Source: Octopus vulgaris
Lineage: Eukaryota
DNA: 64,000 nucleotides
Reading direction: 5' to 3'
NCBI GenBank assembly: GCA_951406725.2
Contig: OX597815.1
Location: forward strand, 122,078,001-122,142,000
Shown: piece by piece, positions 14,221-24,123 of the stretch
Layout: every line of letters begins with the position of its first letter
Position numbering within the stretch: the stretch's first letter is position 1
Position numbers and translations under genes: made by a program
Notes under the pieces: generated by a model
Seen by the model: only the letters and a program-made list of their open reading frames with translations
What the model was told of the DNA's origin: nothing
The model's database searches: none

Positions 14221-15993
14221 TCAGGTGAAGTTTCGGCGGATTTCGGAAAGCATGAGGGCCTTAAAAGATGCAGTGTCATGGCAGTCAACAACTGACGCAG
14301 GCAGTTTATTCCATGCTTCAGCAACTCTGAGCGTGAAAAAATGTTTCCGAAAGTCATGGGAGCTGTATTGTTTTCTGACTTTGTAGGCATGTCCACGTGT
14401 GTTAGACACATGGAGATCAAAAAGGTGTTCAGTGTTGTTGTTGGTGAGGTGGTTGATAACTTTGTGGGTGTTTACCAAGTCCGTCGCCAAACGCCGGAGC
14501 TTCAGTGAATCCATGCCCAGGGAAACAAGGCGCTCAGAATATGGTAGGTGTCTGATGGAGGGTATGCGTTTGGTTGCACGTCTCTGGACAGATTCCAGGA
14601 GGTCAATGTTCTGTGCAAGATAGGGGTTCCAAATTGATGATGCGAATTCCAAGTGTGGTCGTACCATAGCTGTATACAGTTTTAAATAGATGGCTGGAGA
14701 GCGGCTAACAAAAGACCTGCTGAGTGATGCCAAGACACCCTCGGCCTTCCTGACAATCTTAGAGATATGCTTTGACCAACGCAAATCACTGCTGACAGTG
14801 ATGCCTAGGTCACGCTCGCAAGAGGATTTCTTGATATCAGTGTTGTGGAGGGAGTATGTGAACGCAGGGTTTTTTCTCCCAAAATGCATGGTGGTACACT
14901 TGTCCACAGCCAGTTTCAGTTGCCAGTCTGTGATCCATTGCTGCATTGTGTCTAGGTCTGATTGCAGGAAAGAGTTGTAGACATCAGGATCTGTCCTCTT
15001 GATTTCAAGGTACAGCTTGATGTCGTCTGCATATTTCAATACTGTGGCATTCTTTAAATTGGCATCTATGTCGTTAATGTATGCCACAAACAAGAGGGGG
15101 CCAAGGACAGATCCCTGTGGTACACCCGATGACATCTCATATGGTGTAGAGTGCTGTCCTAGAACTGTGACTACCTCCTTTCGGCTGAGGATGAAGGATT
15201 TCAACCAGTTAAAAAGGTCATCCCCCACACCCATTGCAGAGAGTTTCACCATAAGCCTTTTGTGTGGCACAGAGTTGAAAGCCTTAGCAAAGTCAAGGTA
15301 GACAACATCCACCCATGAGCCACTGTCAGTAATCTGAGTAATGTCCTCAAGGAACTCGACAAGCTGGTCACTGCAGCTGGAGTTAGGGACAAATCCATAT
15401 TGTGAGGGTCGGATGAGACTGTGAGAGCTCCAGAAGTTCCAGAGTGTTTCTCTGACACACGATTCCATCAGTTTTGCAATACAGCTAGTGAGACTGACTG
15501 GGCGATAGTTGACAGGTGATGTGCGGTCGCCCTTTTTGAACAGAGGAATGACACTGGCAGTTTTCCACTGCTCCGGAGTAGCACCATTGTTGAGACAGTA
15601 CTGGAAGAAAATAGAAAGCTGGTGCAAAAGGAAGTGCCTGCCACGTTTGAGAAGCAGGTATGTAACTCCATCGAGACCAGGGGAGGCATAGTTGCGCTTA
15701 TTTTGAAGGTGACGTCGCAGCATTGCAGGTGTAAATTCCATAGTTGTTATGGAGTTTGCTGTTAGTGATGGTGAAGATGGTACATTTTGACTTTCAACAG
15801 TGAATATGTTTGCATAGCACTCGGCAATGAGTTCTGCGCATTCCTTGGGGTCGTCAGTGATCTGGTTTGTGTGAGGGTTGCGAAGAGGGCCCACTGGAGA
15901 GTGAGGTCTCTGCTTTGAGTGCACATATTTCCAGAAAACCTTGCTGTCAGGATTGGCTGCTATGCACTGTTCAAATTCAAGCACTGCTTTTTT
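14221..15993 (-). CDS. LINE ORF2 C-terminal part: reverse transcriptase (CR1-like)
   Basis: SPGLDG, PLFKKGDR...NYRPVSLTS, QYGF, YLDFAKAF, SGVPQGSVLGPLLF, YADD, ERDLG, LESVQRRATK, TRGH, FFTLRV..AWNKLP. In the -1 frame relative to the endonuclease part. Confidence 0.96.
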   Translation of the reverse strand, partial: KKAVLEFEQCIAANPDSKVFWKYVHSKQRPHSPVGPLRNPHTNQITDDPKECAELIAECYANIFTVESQNVPSSPSLTANSITTMEFTPAMLRRHLQNKRNYASPGLDGVTYLLLKRGRHFLLHQLSIFFQYCLNNGATPEQWKTASVIPLFKKGDRTSPVNYRPVSLTSCIAKLMESCVRETLWNFWSSHSLIRPSQYGFVPNSSCSDQLVEFLEDITQITDSGSWVDVVYLDFAKAFNSVPHKRLMVKLSAMGVGDDLFNWLKSFILSRKEVVTVLGQHSTPYEMSSGVPQGSVLGPLLFVAYINDIDANLKNATVLKYADDIKLYLEIKRTDPDVYNSFLQSDLDTMQQWITDWQLKLAVDKCTTMHFGRKNPAFTYSLHNTDIKKSSCERDLGITVSSDLRWSKHISKIVRKAEGVLASLSRSFVSRSPAIYLKLYTAMVRPHLEFASSIWNPYLAQNIDLLESVQRRATKRIPSIRHLPYSERLVSLGMDSLKLRRLATDLVNTHKVINHLTNNNTEHLFDLHVSNTRGHAYKVRKQYSSHDFRKHFFTLRVAEAWNKLPASVVDCHDTASFKALMLSEIRRNFT

Positions 15994-17051
15994 GTCACTT
16001 GCTTGAGATGGTTGGAGGATTTATTCCGCTTCTTCCTGCTGGTGTCTGATTTATGCAACCTGTATTCCCGTTCAGCAGTCCGACGTTCCCTCCTGGCAAG
16101 TCGGACCGCTGAAGTTTCCCAAATTGCCCTTTTGGGGCGGTTCTTCTTTTTTTGTTTACGTGGCACTGATGCTGCACATGCTGCCCATATTGAGTCCAGG
16201 ATACTCTGGAGTATAGTATTCACATCTCCAGAGTTGTAGAATTCACGCCAGTTTGGGTGCTGTAGTTCAGTGTGGTACAGGTTCCAATCTGCTCTCTTCC
16301 AATCGAAGGAAGCAGATTGGAGATGGTTCAGGTTTTTGTTGCCCGCAAGAGCCAGATTGGCGATGATCATAGCATGATCAGAGTCACCTAGAGGTTCCTC
16401 CGTAGTGCAATTGATAACCGCTTCAGGAGTTGTGGTGAAGAGCAGGTCCAAGGTGTTGTCGCCTCTTGTTGGAGAGGTGACTACTTGTGACCAGTTTGAG
16501 TCCAGCACAAGCTCAACAAAATCGTTTGCACTCTGTGGCCAATGGAAGGTCTCCCAATCGATCTCAGGATGATTGAAATCGCCTGCAATAAACACATAAG
16601 TGGCTGTTTTCCTGGCAGCAGCTCGGAGGACATTGCAAAGCTGTGTGTCCCGATGGTAACTTGGGGGACGATAAACAACGCCAAGCAGGAGTGTTGACAT
16701 GGTCATACGCACGTCACAGAAAAAAACTTCTTCTTGTGATTCGTTCAAATCGGCACAAGGAATTACCAAAAAATTTGAACGAACGTAGACCATCACACCA
16801 CCACCACGGCGGTTAGTGCGGTCCTTACGGAAGAGGTTGTACCCCGTAATGTTGAAAACCCCATTACAGAGTAAGGAATGCGCCCATGTTTCCGTGACAG
16901 TGATGAAGTCAGGGTCAACACTTCTGACGTAGGCGTTGAACAAATGTATTTTGTTGCATAAACTGCGAGCATTTAAGGACAACAATTTGTACCCTGCTCG
17001 CAGTTTATGATGGTGTGTAGAGGATGGCAGGTTGTTCTGGCTTAGTTTCCC
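15960..17051 (-). CDS. LINE ORF2 N-terminal part: apurinic-like (APE) endonuclease
   Basis: Motifs LNARSL, VTETW, FRKDR..RRGGGV, VYRPP, AGDFNHP, PTRGDNTLDL, GDSDH. Frame is open from 17069 with no ATG before the first motifs. Confidence 0.95.
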   Translation of the reverse strand, partial: GKLSQNNLPSSTHHHKLRAGYKLLSLNARSLCNKIHLFNAYVRSVDPDFITVTETWAHSLLCNGVFNITGYNLFRKDRTNRRGGGVMVYVRSNFLVIPCADLNESQEEVFFCDVRMTMSTLLLGVVYRPPSYHRDTQLCNVLRAAARKTATYVFIAGDFNHPEIDWETFHWPQSANDFVELVLDSNWSQVVTSPTRGDNTLDLLFTTTPEAVINCTTEEPLGDSDHAMIIANLALAGNKNLNHLQSASFDWKRADWNLYHTELQHPNWREFYNSGDVNTILQSILDSIWAACAASVPRKQKKKNRPKRAIWETSAVRLARRERRTAEREYRLHKSDTSRKKRNKSSNHLKQVTKKQCLNLNSA

Positions 17052-18056
17052 TGAGTTGCTGTAGTTTTTTTAGTTATTGTGGGTAGAGAGCACTCAGACC
17101 AGCTGGTATCTCTCTTCCACGTTTCAGCAGTCTTGACAAATCTCCAGATTTGTCCATCTTCCCGAAGACTGAAGCTTTCCTGTAGAGCTGAGTTCCTATT
17201 CAGGGAAGCCACTACACGTAGCTTTGGGCGTACATCGGACGGTAAGCCTGGGCGTGTTCGGAAGGTGGTCCGATTTTCCCGCCCAGCTTTAACTGAGGCC
17301 AGATGGTAAGAGGTTGCCTCAGTGGGGTCCGTAAAAGACAACTTGATGAGCCTAGGTTTTGGGCCAGGTCGTCCAAGGCGGATAGCACCCGTTGGGGGAA
17401 CGCAGCCTAGGTCTTTGGCTGAGTTGGCAGCAAAAGCCTGAAGATCAGCCATGTCTTCTGGCACCCCAATGGCAATGACTTCATGGGTGGCAGAATCCGC
17501 GGTCTTAAATGCGACAAGAGGTACAGGTACAGGGAGGTTCTTTAGCAGAGCATTCCGATAAGACCCCTCATTGTGGAGTCCAACCTGAATGGTTGCTTTT
17601 ATTCCTGCTACTTCCCCTTTTAAAGCACAGATCGATTGTTGCAGTTCTGCAAGAACCGCACTGGTCAATTGGTGTTGTTGTTGTTGCTGCTGTTGCTCTG
17701 GTTGTGGTTGATTTTGTTGTTGCTGTTGTTGTTGTTGATGTTGTTGTTGCTGCTGCTCTGGTTGTGGTTGATTTTGTTGTTGCTGCTGCTCTGGTTGTGG
17801 TTGATTTTGTTGTTGCTGCTGCTGCTGCTCTAGTTGTTGCTGCTGCTGTTGTTGTTGCTGTTGTTGTTGCTGCTGCTCTGGTTGTGGTTGATTTTGTTGT
17901 TGCTGCTGTTGCTGTTCCGCCTCCTCCACGGGAGTGGCAGGGGGAGACACAATCGTCGGTTGTGGAGGCACGCAGGCCTGACACTGAAAAGTCCAAGATT
18001 TAAGCTGAACCATCTTCCAGAGTCTATCCATCATAGCATTATGATGGCTCTTTTTT
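17042..18056 (-). CDS. LINE ORF1 main part: PHD end, polyQ/NQPQPE repeats, coiled coil, RRM-like domain
   Basis: WTFQCQAC; Q-rich tract; heptad-like LAELQQSICALKGEVAGIKATIQ; IAIGVPED...IRLGRPGPKPRLIKLSF typical of CR1/L2-group ORF1. Ends QGN*. Confidence 0.85.
17045..17051 (-). promoter_or_regulatory. Candidate -1 ribosomal frameshift slippery site G_GGA_AAC at ORF1/ORF2 junction
   Basis: Minus strand CAG GGA AAC TAA. Heptamer is in the correct X_XXY_YYZ register, and the -1 frame (GGG AAA CTA AGC...) runs uninterrupted into the endonuclease. Confidence 0.65.
17668..17917 (-). repeat. CAA/CAG-rich coding repeat (polyQ with four NQPQPE units) in LINE ORF1
   Basis: Plus strand ctctggttgtggttgattttgttgttg recurs four times among ttg/ctg runs. 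Confidence 0.95.
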
Positions 18057-18270
18057 GGCCTGGGATTTTCTGAAAGTCCGTGGCACATTGGAGGCAGACA
18101 GAGATGAGACATGTCCCACATTCGACCCAGCGATTACGGAACGTATTTTCGGGTTCCGTACAGATGTGGCAGGTGTGATTTTCTGGGCAGTGTTCTATTT
18201 TAGAGCAGCGACCAGTCTTATCGCACGCCGCTATGGATTTCACCATGGCGATTCTGTTGGTTCTGGTCAT
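18031..18270 (-). CDS. LINE ORF1 N-terminal part (PHD-like zinc finger); frame broken near 18051-18056
   Basis: ATG at 18270; CHIC...WVECGTC...CLQC. The last ligand pair (W.FQCQAC) lies in the -1 frame (track ORF 17042..18121). Confidence 0.8.
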   Translation of the reverse strand: MTRTNRIAMVKSIAACDKTGRCSKIEHCPENHTCHICTEPENTFRNRWVECGTCLISVCLQCATDFQKIPGQKRAIIML

Positions 18271-18334
18271 CCGTAGAGACAGAAAATGTAAACAACAATA
18301 CGATAAAAGTAAAATATAAAATATTTGTTTTTGA

Positions 18335-18449
18335 TTCGTTCTTTTATGTGTATATTCCTTGTTCTTAAATATTGCGTGTGTATATACACATGTTTCGTTC
18401 TTTTTTGTGTATATTCCTTTTTTTCTTAAATATTGCGTGTGTATACATA
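18335..18449. repeat. Two imperfect tandem copies of an approximately 59-bp unit in LINE 5'UTR
   Basis: ttcgttctttt.tgtgtatattcctt..ttcttaaatattgcgtgtgtata starts at 18335 and at 18394. Confidence 0.85.
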
Positions 18450-19377
18450 AAAGTATTTGTGCGTATAGACACGGAGAAAGTTTGTAAACAGAAATGAAAT
18501 TTTTGATTTTTTTGCAGTGTAGTCCGTCACATTAAATAGTGTGATTTATTTTCACTCTGCACGTATATACATGTGTGCTACAAGTATCTATGTATGTATC
18601 TATATAAGTTGAATGTCAAAGGAAAGCTAACAGTTATAATAAATAGCAACAAAAAAGAAATTAGCTGAAAATTATTACAAGCATTTAATAAGACAAAAAT
18701 TGAAATATTTAAATTTAGAACTTTTATGGCAAATAAATATACAGAAATAAACTAATGTAAAACAACTTAATTTAAAAAGGCATTATTATTCTTTCAAAGA
18801 ACAAACAAAAGTAATAAAATAAATTATGTTGGTTACTTACCATAAGCATACTAGATCACAGCTACTTCTTATGCAGTGGCAGCAGCAGCAGCAACAGTAC
18901 TTGTAGCAGAAGTAGTAGTAGTAGTGGTAGTAATAGTAGTAGTTGTTGTTGTAATAATGGTAGTAATATTAGCAAGCATAATTTATGCAGCCACTCAACC
19001 GATGGTGGCTTGGCAATGCAAACAGCCCATTCAAATGAGTAAAACCATCCAGAAGCAAGTGGACAAGAGATGTAACCAAAGATCTGCACTCAAGGCATCT
19101 TAAAATAAGAAGCCACATTTAACAACTTAAAAGCTGATGTCAGTTAAGTTGGAGCAATATAAGGGAGATATGGGTGAATTTTCACCAACATTGTGTCTAG
19201 ACAGGTAACAGTTGAAGAGAATATCAAACGAAGAGAATAACAGTTGTAGAGAGTAACAACTTGTTTAGAAATGGTGATTGAACTGCTGTAAAAAGCATTG
19301 ATTCAATAAAGTGAATATAAGAAAGTGAAGCAGGTGCATTACATGTGGAAATAAATCCTAATGTCAATGGGTATGTA

Positions 19378-19646
19378 TGCATACATATATATATATATAC
19401 ATAAATACATACATACATACATACATACATACAAACACATACACACACACACACATACACACACACACACATATATATATATATGTATATATACAGGAAG
19501 AGAGAGAGAGATACAGACATATATATATATATGTGTGTGTGTGTGTGTATACATACATACATACATACATACATACATACATACATACATACATACATAC
19601 ATACATACATACATACATACATACATACATACATACATACATACAT

Positions 19647-19692
<46 letters not shown>

Positions 19693-19695
19693 TAT
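19378..19695. repeat. Compound microsatellite (TA)/(CATA)/(CA)
   Basis: Direct reading. Confidence 0.95.
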
Positions 19696-19972
19696 ATGAG
19701 CAAAATAATTTTTTTGAATGCTTAACTGTGCAGAAAAGTGCAGAAAATTCTAGTGCCTCCAAATTTATTGATGGTGATTCACTTAAGTGATAACTGTGCA
19801 TTCTAAAACCAATTTAGTGCCAGAACATAAGTAGCAATGAAGTAGAATTTTAAAAAAAAGAATTGACAGAACTACTATTAAATTTAATCCTGACTAAAAT
19901 ATACAATTGAGGAACTTAAAATGAAACTGCAGGAAAGAAACCTTGCTCACATATTATATACAAACACACAAA

Positions 19973-20004
<32 letters not shown>

Positions 20005-23000
20005 TGTGTATGTGTATGTATTTTCCTTCATTATTTAAACAAAAAAGGTTGACTCTAACATATTATTGATCTTGATTAATATTCTGCCTTTAAATGCATC
20101 TTCATTGATATAGATTTATTCTATAAATTTAAGTAGAATTCTAATATAAATTATGAGAGAGATATTCTAACATAAGTAAGTGTCAAGTGTTCAGTATCAA
20201 ATAGACTCCTCAAATATATGTGAGTGCAAATCAGTGCTGAGGAACACACTGAAATGAATGTTGTTGAAATGATTAACATGCTCATTGCACCAGGATAAGG
20301 GACCTGATGGTGGAGGCATGTAATAATAATAACTTGAATTAAACCTTCAGTTAAATGCTGTGTCATTACAGAATATAGACAAGCTTAGTATTATGAAAAA
20401 GTGTTGATTATATTCTAGTGAAGTGAACAAACCATAGAGAACTCACAAATCACCTGCATAGATCACTTGAAACTTTCTGAAAATCTTGAATAAATATAAA
20501 ATACAAAGGAAAATAAGAATATATTTGAAGCTAGCCTTAGAAATTTATATAGAAATAAAACCAGTCTACAGAAGCAGCAAAATTTTAGTATCTATTTTTT
20601 CTCTGTTATTACAAGTTGAAATAAGACATATATATAGAATAATGGCTTTTGTATTCTGTTTTGAATAGCCTAAGAAAAAAACAAATTATAGTGATTCATG
20701 TAAATGAAAGAACATGAAGTCTGTACTAACATCTTAATGTGATTGTTATGTTAGAACTTTGTAACAGAATAAAAGATACAGAATGAGACTAATCACTTCA
20801 GGAGATGCACTTACAATTTGTATGTCAGTTACATATTTAATGCTTCTTCATAATTTTTTAGCAATAAAGTTTGTAAGAATTTTGTTTTACCAATCCTAAA
20901 ATTAAAATTGAAACCACTTAAAATTATTTTGAAACCTTTTAATTAGACATACTACAGTAGAATAACTGTTTTATCATGAAACTTTTCTACAGTAAAGCTA
21001 TTGGTTATTTATCAGATACCATAAGATACAGTACAACACTCACCCTTAGGTGATTGCATTAACACTATCAAGAAAGAAGTGGCAGAATTTATTTGTTAAT
21101 GAAAATTTTCCTTAAGTTGATTACATATTAGGAAAATATTCCAAGATTCTATTAATTTTATTCCTTTTATGAACTATATTCACATATTTATCAATATTCT
21201 CTAACTTATACCAAATCTTTAGTTTTACTGCAAGACAAAAAAATAGTCTACATTTCCTATCCTAGCCAGTCTTTTGTAATCTTTAAGACTATGGACATTT
21301 CTAAGGTTATTTATTTAAATGAAGTAATTATGCATTCATTTATTCATGGAAAAATAACCCAGTAGCTTCATGTCTTTAACAGATTACATTGTTGTGCATT
21401 GATATTAATACCATTCTAAAAAGGGTTACTTTGCATAGAAATAAGGTTACATATTTTACAACATCAGTGGTCCTTTTACCAATAGCTATCATTCTTTGAT
21501 CACTTGGATAATAAGTAATATATTCTTCCAGACTCTATTATGAGTGACAACATATCAAAGGCATATATCCATATACTGAATCTAGCAGAATGCAAGTGGG
21601 TGCATTTTGATTTAATTTACAAGCTTGCTAAACAACCACTTTAACATAATCTCTATAAAAATGTATAACAAAATACATATCACATTCCATTATTTATGCA
21701 TGGGGTATACTTAAGTTTAAGCTATAAGTGTTTAACTGAAGTAACGAAGTTTCTTAATGTTAATTGTTTTTTGTTTTTAAACTTTAGCTTGCAGAAACTA
21801 TTAAATGAACCTTTATTTTTATCTTTAATAATATCTCTACAGTTCAATGAGTACTTCTATTATCTTCATTACCAGTCAACTACAGAAGGTTAGTTTTAAG
21901 TAAATATTTCTGGCAACAAGCAAATCAATATTTTAATAATTTGATATAAAATACTACAGATAAGTTTCAGCTCACAGTCTCCTTACCATTAAATATTTTA
22001 CTCTAGTTCCAAGATTTAGAACTAGACTGTAGTCTTCAATCTATTTTTAGGTAAGAAATACCTCTTAAGAGATAAAAATGAATTACGATTGACAAAGATA
22101 ACTAAGATTAGAGAAAGCAATGGTATATTTTTTTGACTTGACAATGAAACATTAATAAAGTTATTGAATCAAAAGGCTATTGATGAAAGAAAATGAGAAA
22201 AGGAAAAAATTCAATAAAAATATCTTCGATAGCATTTGTTGAACAGGGAAATCTTTCTTCTTGTAAACTGAGATGGTATCTTAATGAATGAAATTGAAAT
22301 TTTTGGCAGCAATAAATAAAAATGGTTTCAATATTTAAGAAGCTTGAGCTCTGTACAGAAACAACAACGTTGTCATAAATATGTCTTCCTTGGAGGATAG
22401 GAAAGCTCTCCTGTTGGCTAATTTAAAATAGGACATGTCTGGAAGTTTCTAAAGTTAATTGTGTTTTTAATGTTTAATTAATGACTGCATCTCAATTACA
22501 GTCAATGTTATTTTGATAAAATATAATTATCTCTTTCTTCTTGAAAATGAAGAGGAAATACATCTTGGATATTAATGAGAGAAATGTGTCTTGGGTAATA
22601 GAGCTACTGATGCATGCATTTCTCTTCCCCTGTATACTTAAGGAAGGTTTAAGACTATTAATGAAAGATTCACCACTGTTTTAGTGCTCTTATTCATTAC
22701 ACTGGTGAGCTTGCCTGCACATGTTACCAATTTATAGACAATCAAAGTAAGAATTAAATGCTTATGCTATTGACACTACAGGACTATTGATGGGTAATAA
22801 AGGAGAAATGTTGACAGACAGATAGGCACTTTTATGACTCAGCTTGCTGCAATTCTCTCTCTTAAAATAAAACTCTCCTTAACATTAAATGACTACTTCT
22901 TAAAGTAGAAAATGAAAAAATTCAATGTTTGTCTAAATTGCTGTTGATGGTTGGTAATATGATACTGAATATCAGTGTTATTAATAGGAGATAAATGTTA

Positions 23001-24050
23001 TGTAAGTTAATTCATTCAAACATGTGGCGAGGTAAACACACCAACTACAAACAAAATAAGCAATGCAAAAGAGGATCGTGGAAGATCTAAAAAGAAATCA
23101 TGTAAGGTTTCATGCATACTAAAACTTACTGCTTGCAAAAATGTGGTTTTGATTTCATATCATACACCATGTTATAGTTATTAAATTTCAAGAAAATCTT
23201 TAGAAAATAGGTTGTGAAACTATATGCTATTACATATCTTTTTTTTTTTTTTATGAGTAACTTGATATAAGATCTCACATATTTGATGACATTCAGTTAG
23301 CTTGTAAATATGATATATTTCTTAGCTAGAATTTGATATATGTATTTATGTCCTGTTAGTTTGTTTAATAACAAACACATATAAATATACAATTAATTTG
23401 CTAACTTCCTACTGGTAAAAATTAAGCATCTTTTAAAGTAATTTGTTCATTTAAGGAAATCTAAAATATTTGTTATTAACAAAATGATTGAAAATTTATG
23501 TATAAAAGTGTTAGCTTGGCCTCATTTATTTTGCTGAATAAAGATTCTTAATAGCTGATAATTAGAAACTACAGATATGGGAGATGGCTAAAATCCAATG
23601 AAAGATGTGAAATCTAGAAGCACTACATACCTAATAACTGTACTTTTATAATGTTATACACCAGTAAATAGTGTCTTTATATTTAATCAGAACTTAAACA
23701 TGACGTTATTTCCTGCTGGTGGTAATAATACTGGAAACGATAACTGTAAAAGAATCATTAACTAGCCATTATGCAAAAAAGACTATTTTCTGATAAAACA
23801 TTGAGAATCTGATTCCTAAAACTCTATCAGAGAAAAACAGATTTGAAGAAACATTAAAATTTCGTTGACAGTTTGTTGGCAACTTAACATGTATCATAAC
23901 AATGTCTAGCTTTTAGCCAGAGAAGCAAAATGATCTGATTTGAAATAGGAACATAAAAATATCTACATTCTTCATCAAGGTATAGGCAGTAATTCATCTG
24001 AAATACCACTCTATCATTAAACATATTTTTAGAGAAACATAATTTATGTA

Positions 24051-24123
24051 CTGTTGTGTCTGGGGAGAATCATTTTCTTTTTGTGCCTTATAATTTAACA
24101 CACTCACCACCCAGACACAACAG
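24051..24123. mobile_element. Tiny TIR-bounded element (14-bp perfect inverted repeats)
   Basis: ctgttgtgtctggg (24051-24064) and cccagacacaacag (24110-24123). Confidence 0.6.

Larger units (their letters stand above)
14143..18563 (-). mobile_element. Full-length, nearly intact CR1-group non-LTR retrotransposon (LINE), about 4.4 kb
   Basis: Sharp GC rise relative to flanks. Contains 5'UTR, PHD-type ORF1, APE endonuclease, RT, about 50-nt 3'UTR with stem-loop and an (ATT)n tail. 5' boundary approximate; no TSD found. Confidence 0.93.

Noticed and set aside
17668-17917. Regularly spaced direct repeats superficially like a CRISPR array
   Set aside because: Spacers are low-complexity CAA/CAG, the tract is in-frame coding, the context is eukaryotic and there are no cas genes.
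14399-18276. Antisense and alternate-frame ORFs inside the LINE (including hydrophobic poly-L/V ORFs at 17509-18073)
   Set aside because: Shadows of the GC-richer coding strand and of the CAA/CAG repeat.
18540-18610. Target-site duplication for the full-length LINE
   Set aside because: No sequence matching the flank at about 14120-14142 was found; the 5' boundary remains approximate.
19224-19790. Overlapping ORFs of MYVC/HTYI/IYIY type (also near 7650, 10516, 32433, 38387, 51496-52869, 55019)
   Set aside because: They are translations of stop-free microsatellites, not genes.
22033-22055. YAG|GTAAG recursive-splice-like sites on + strand (also 27841-27851, 60971-60983)
   Set aside because: Antisense to the only gene found; a rough base-composition estimate predicts one or two such 8-mers per 64 kb by chance.
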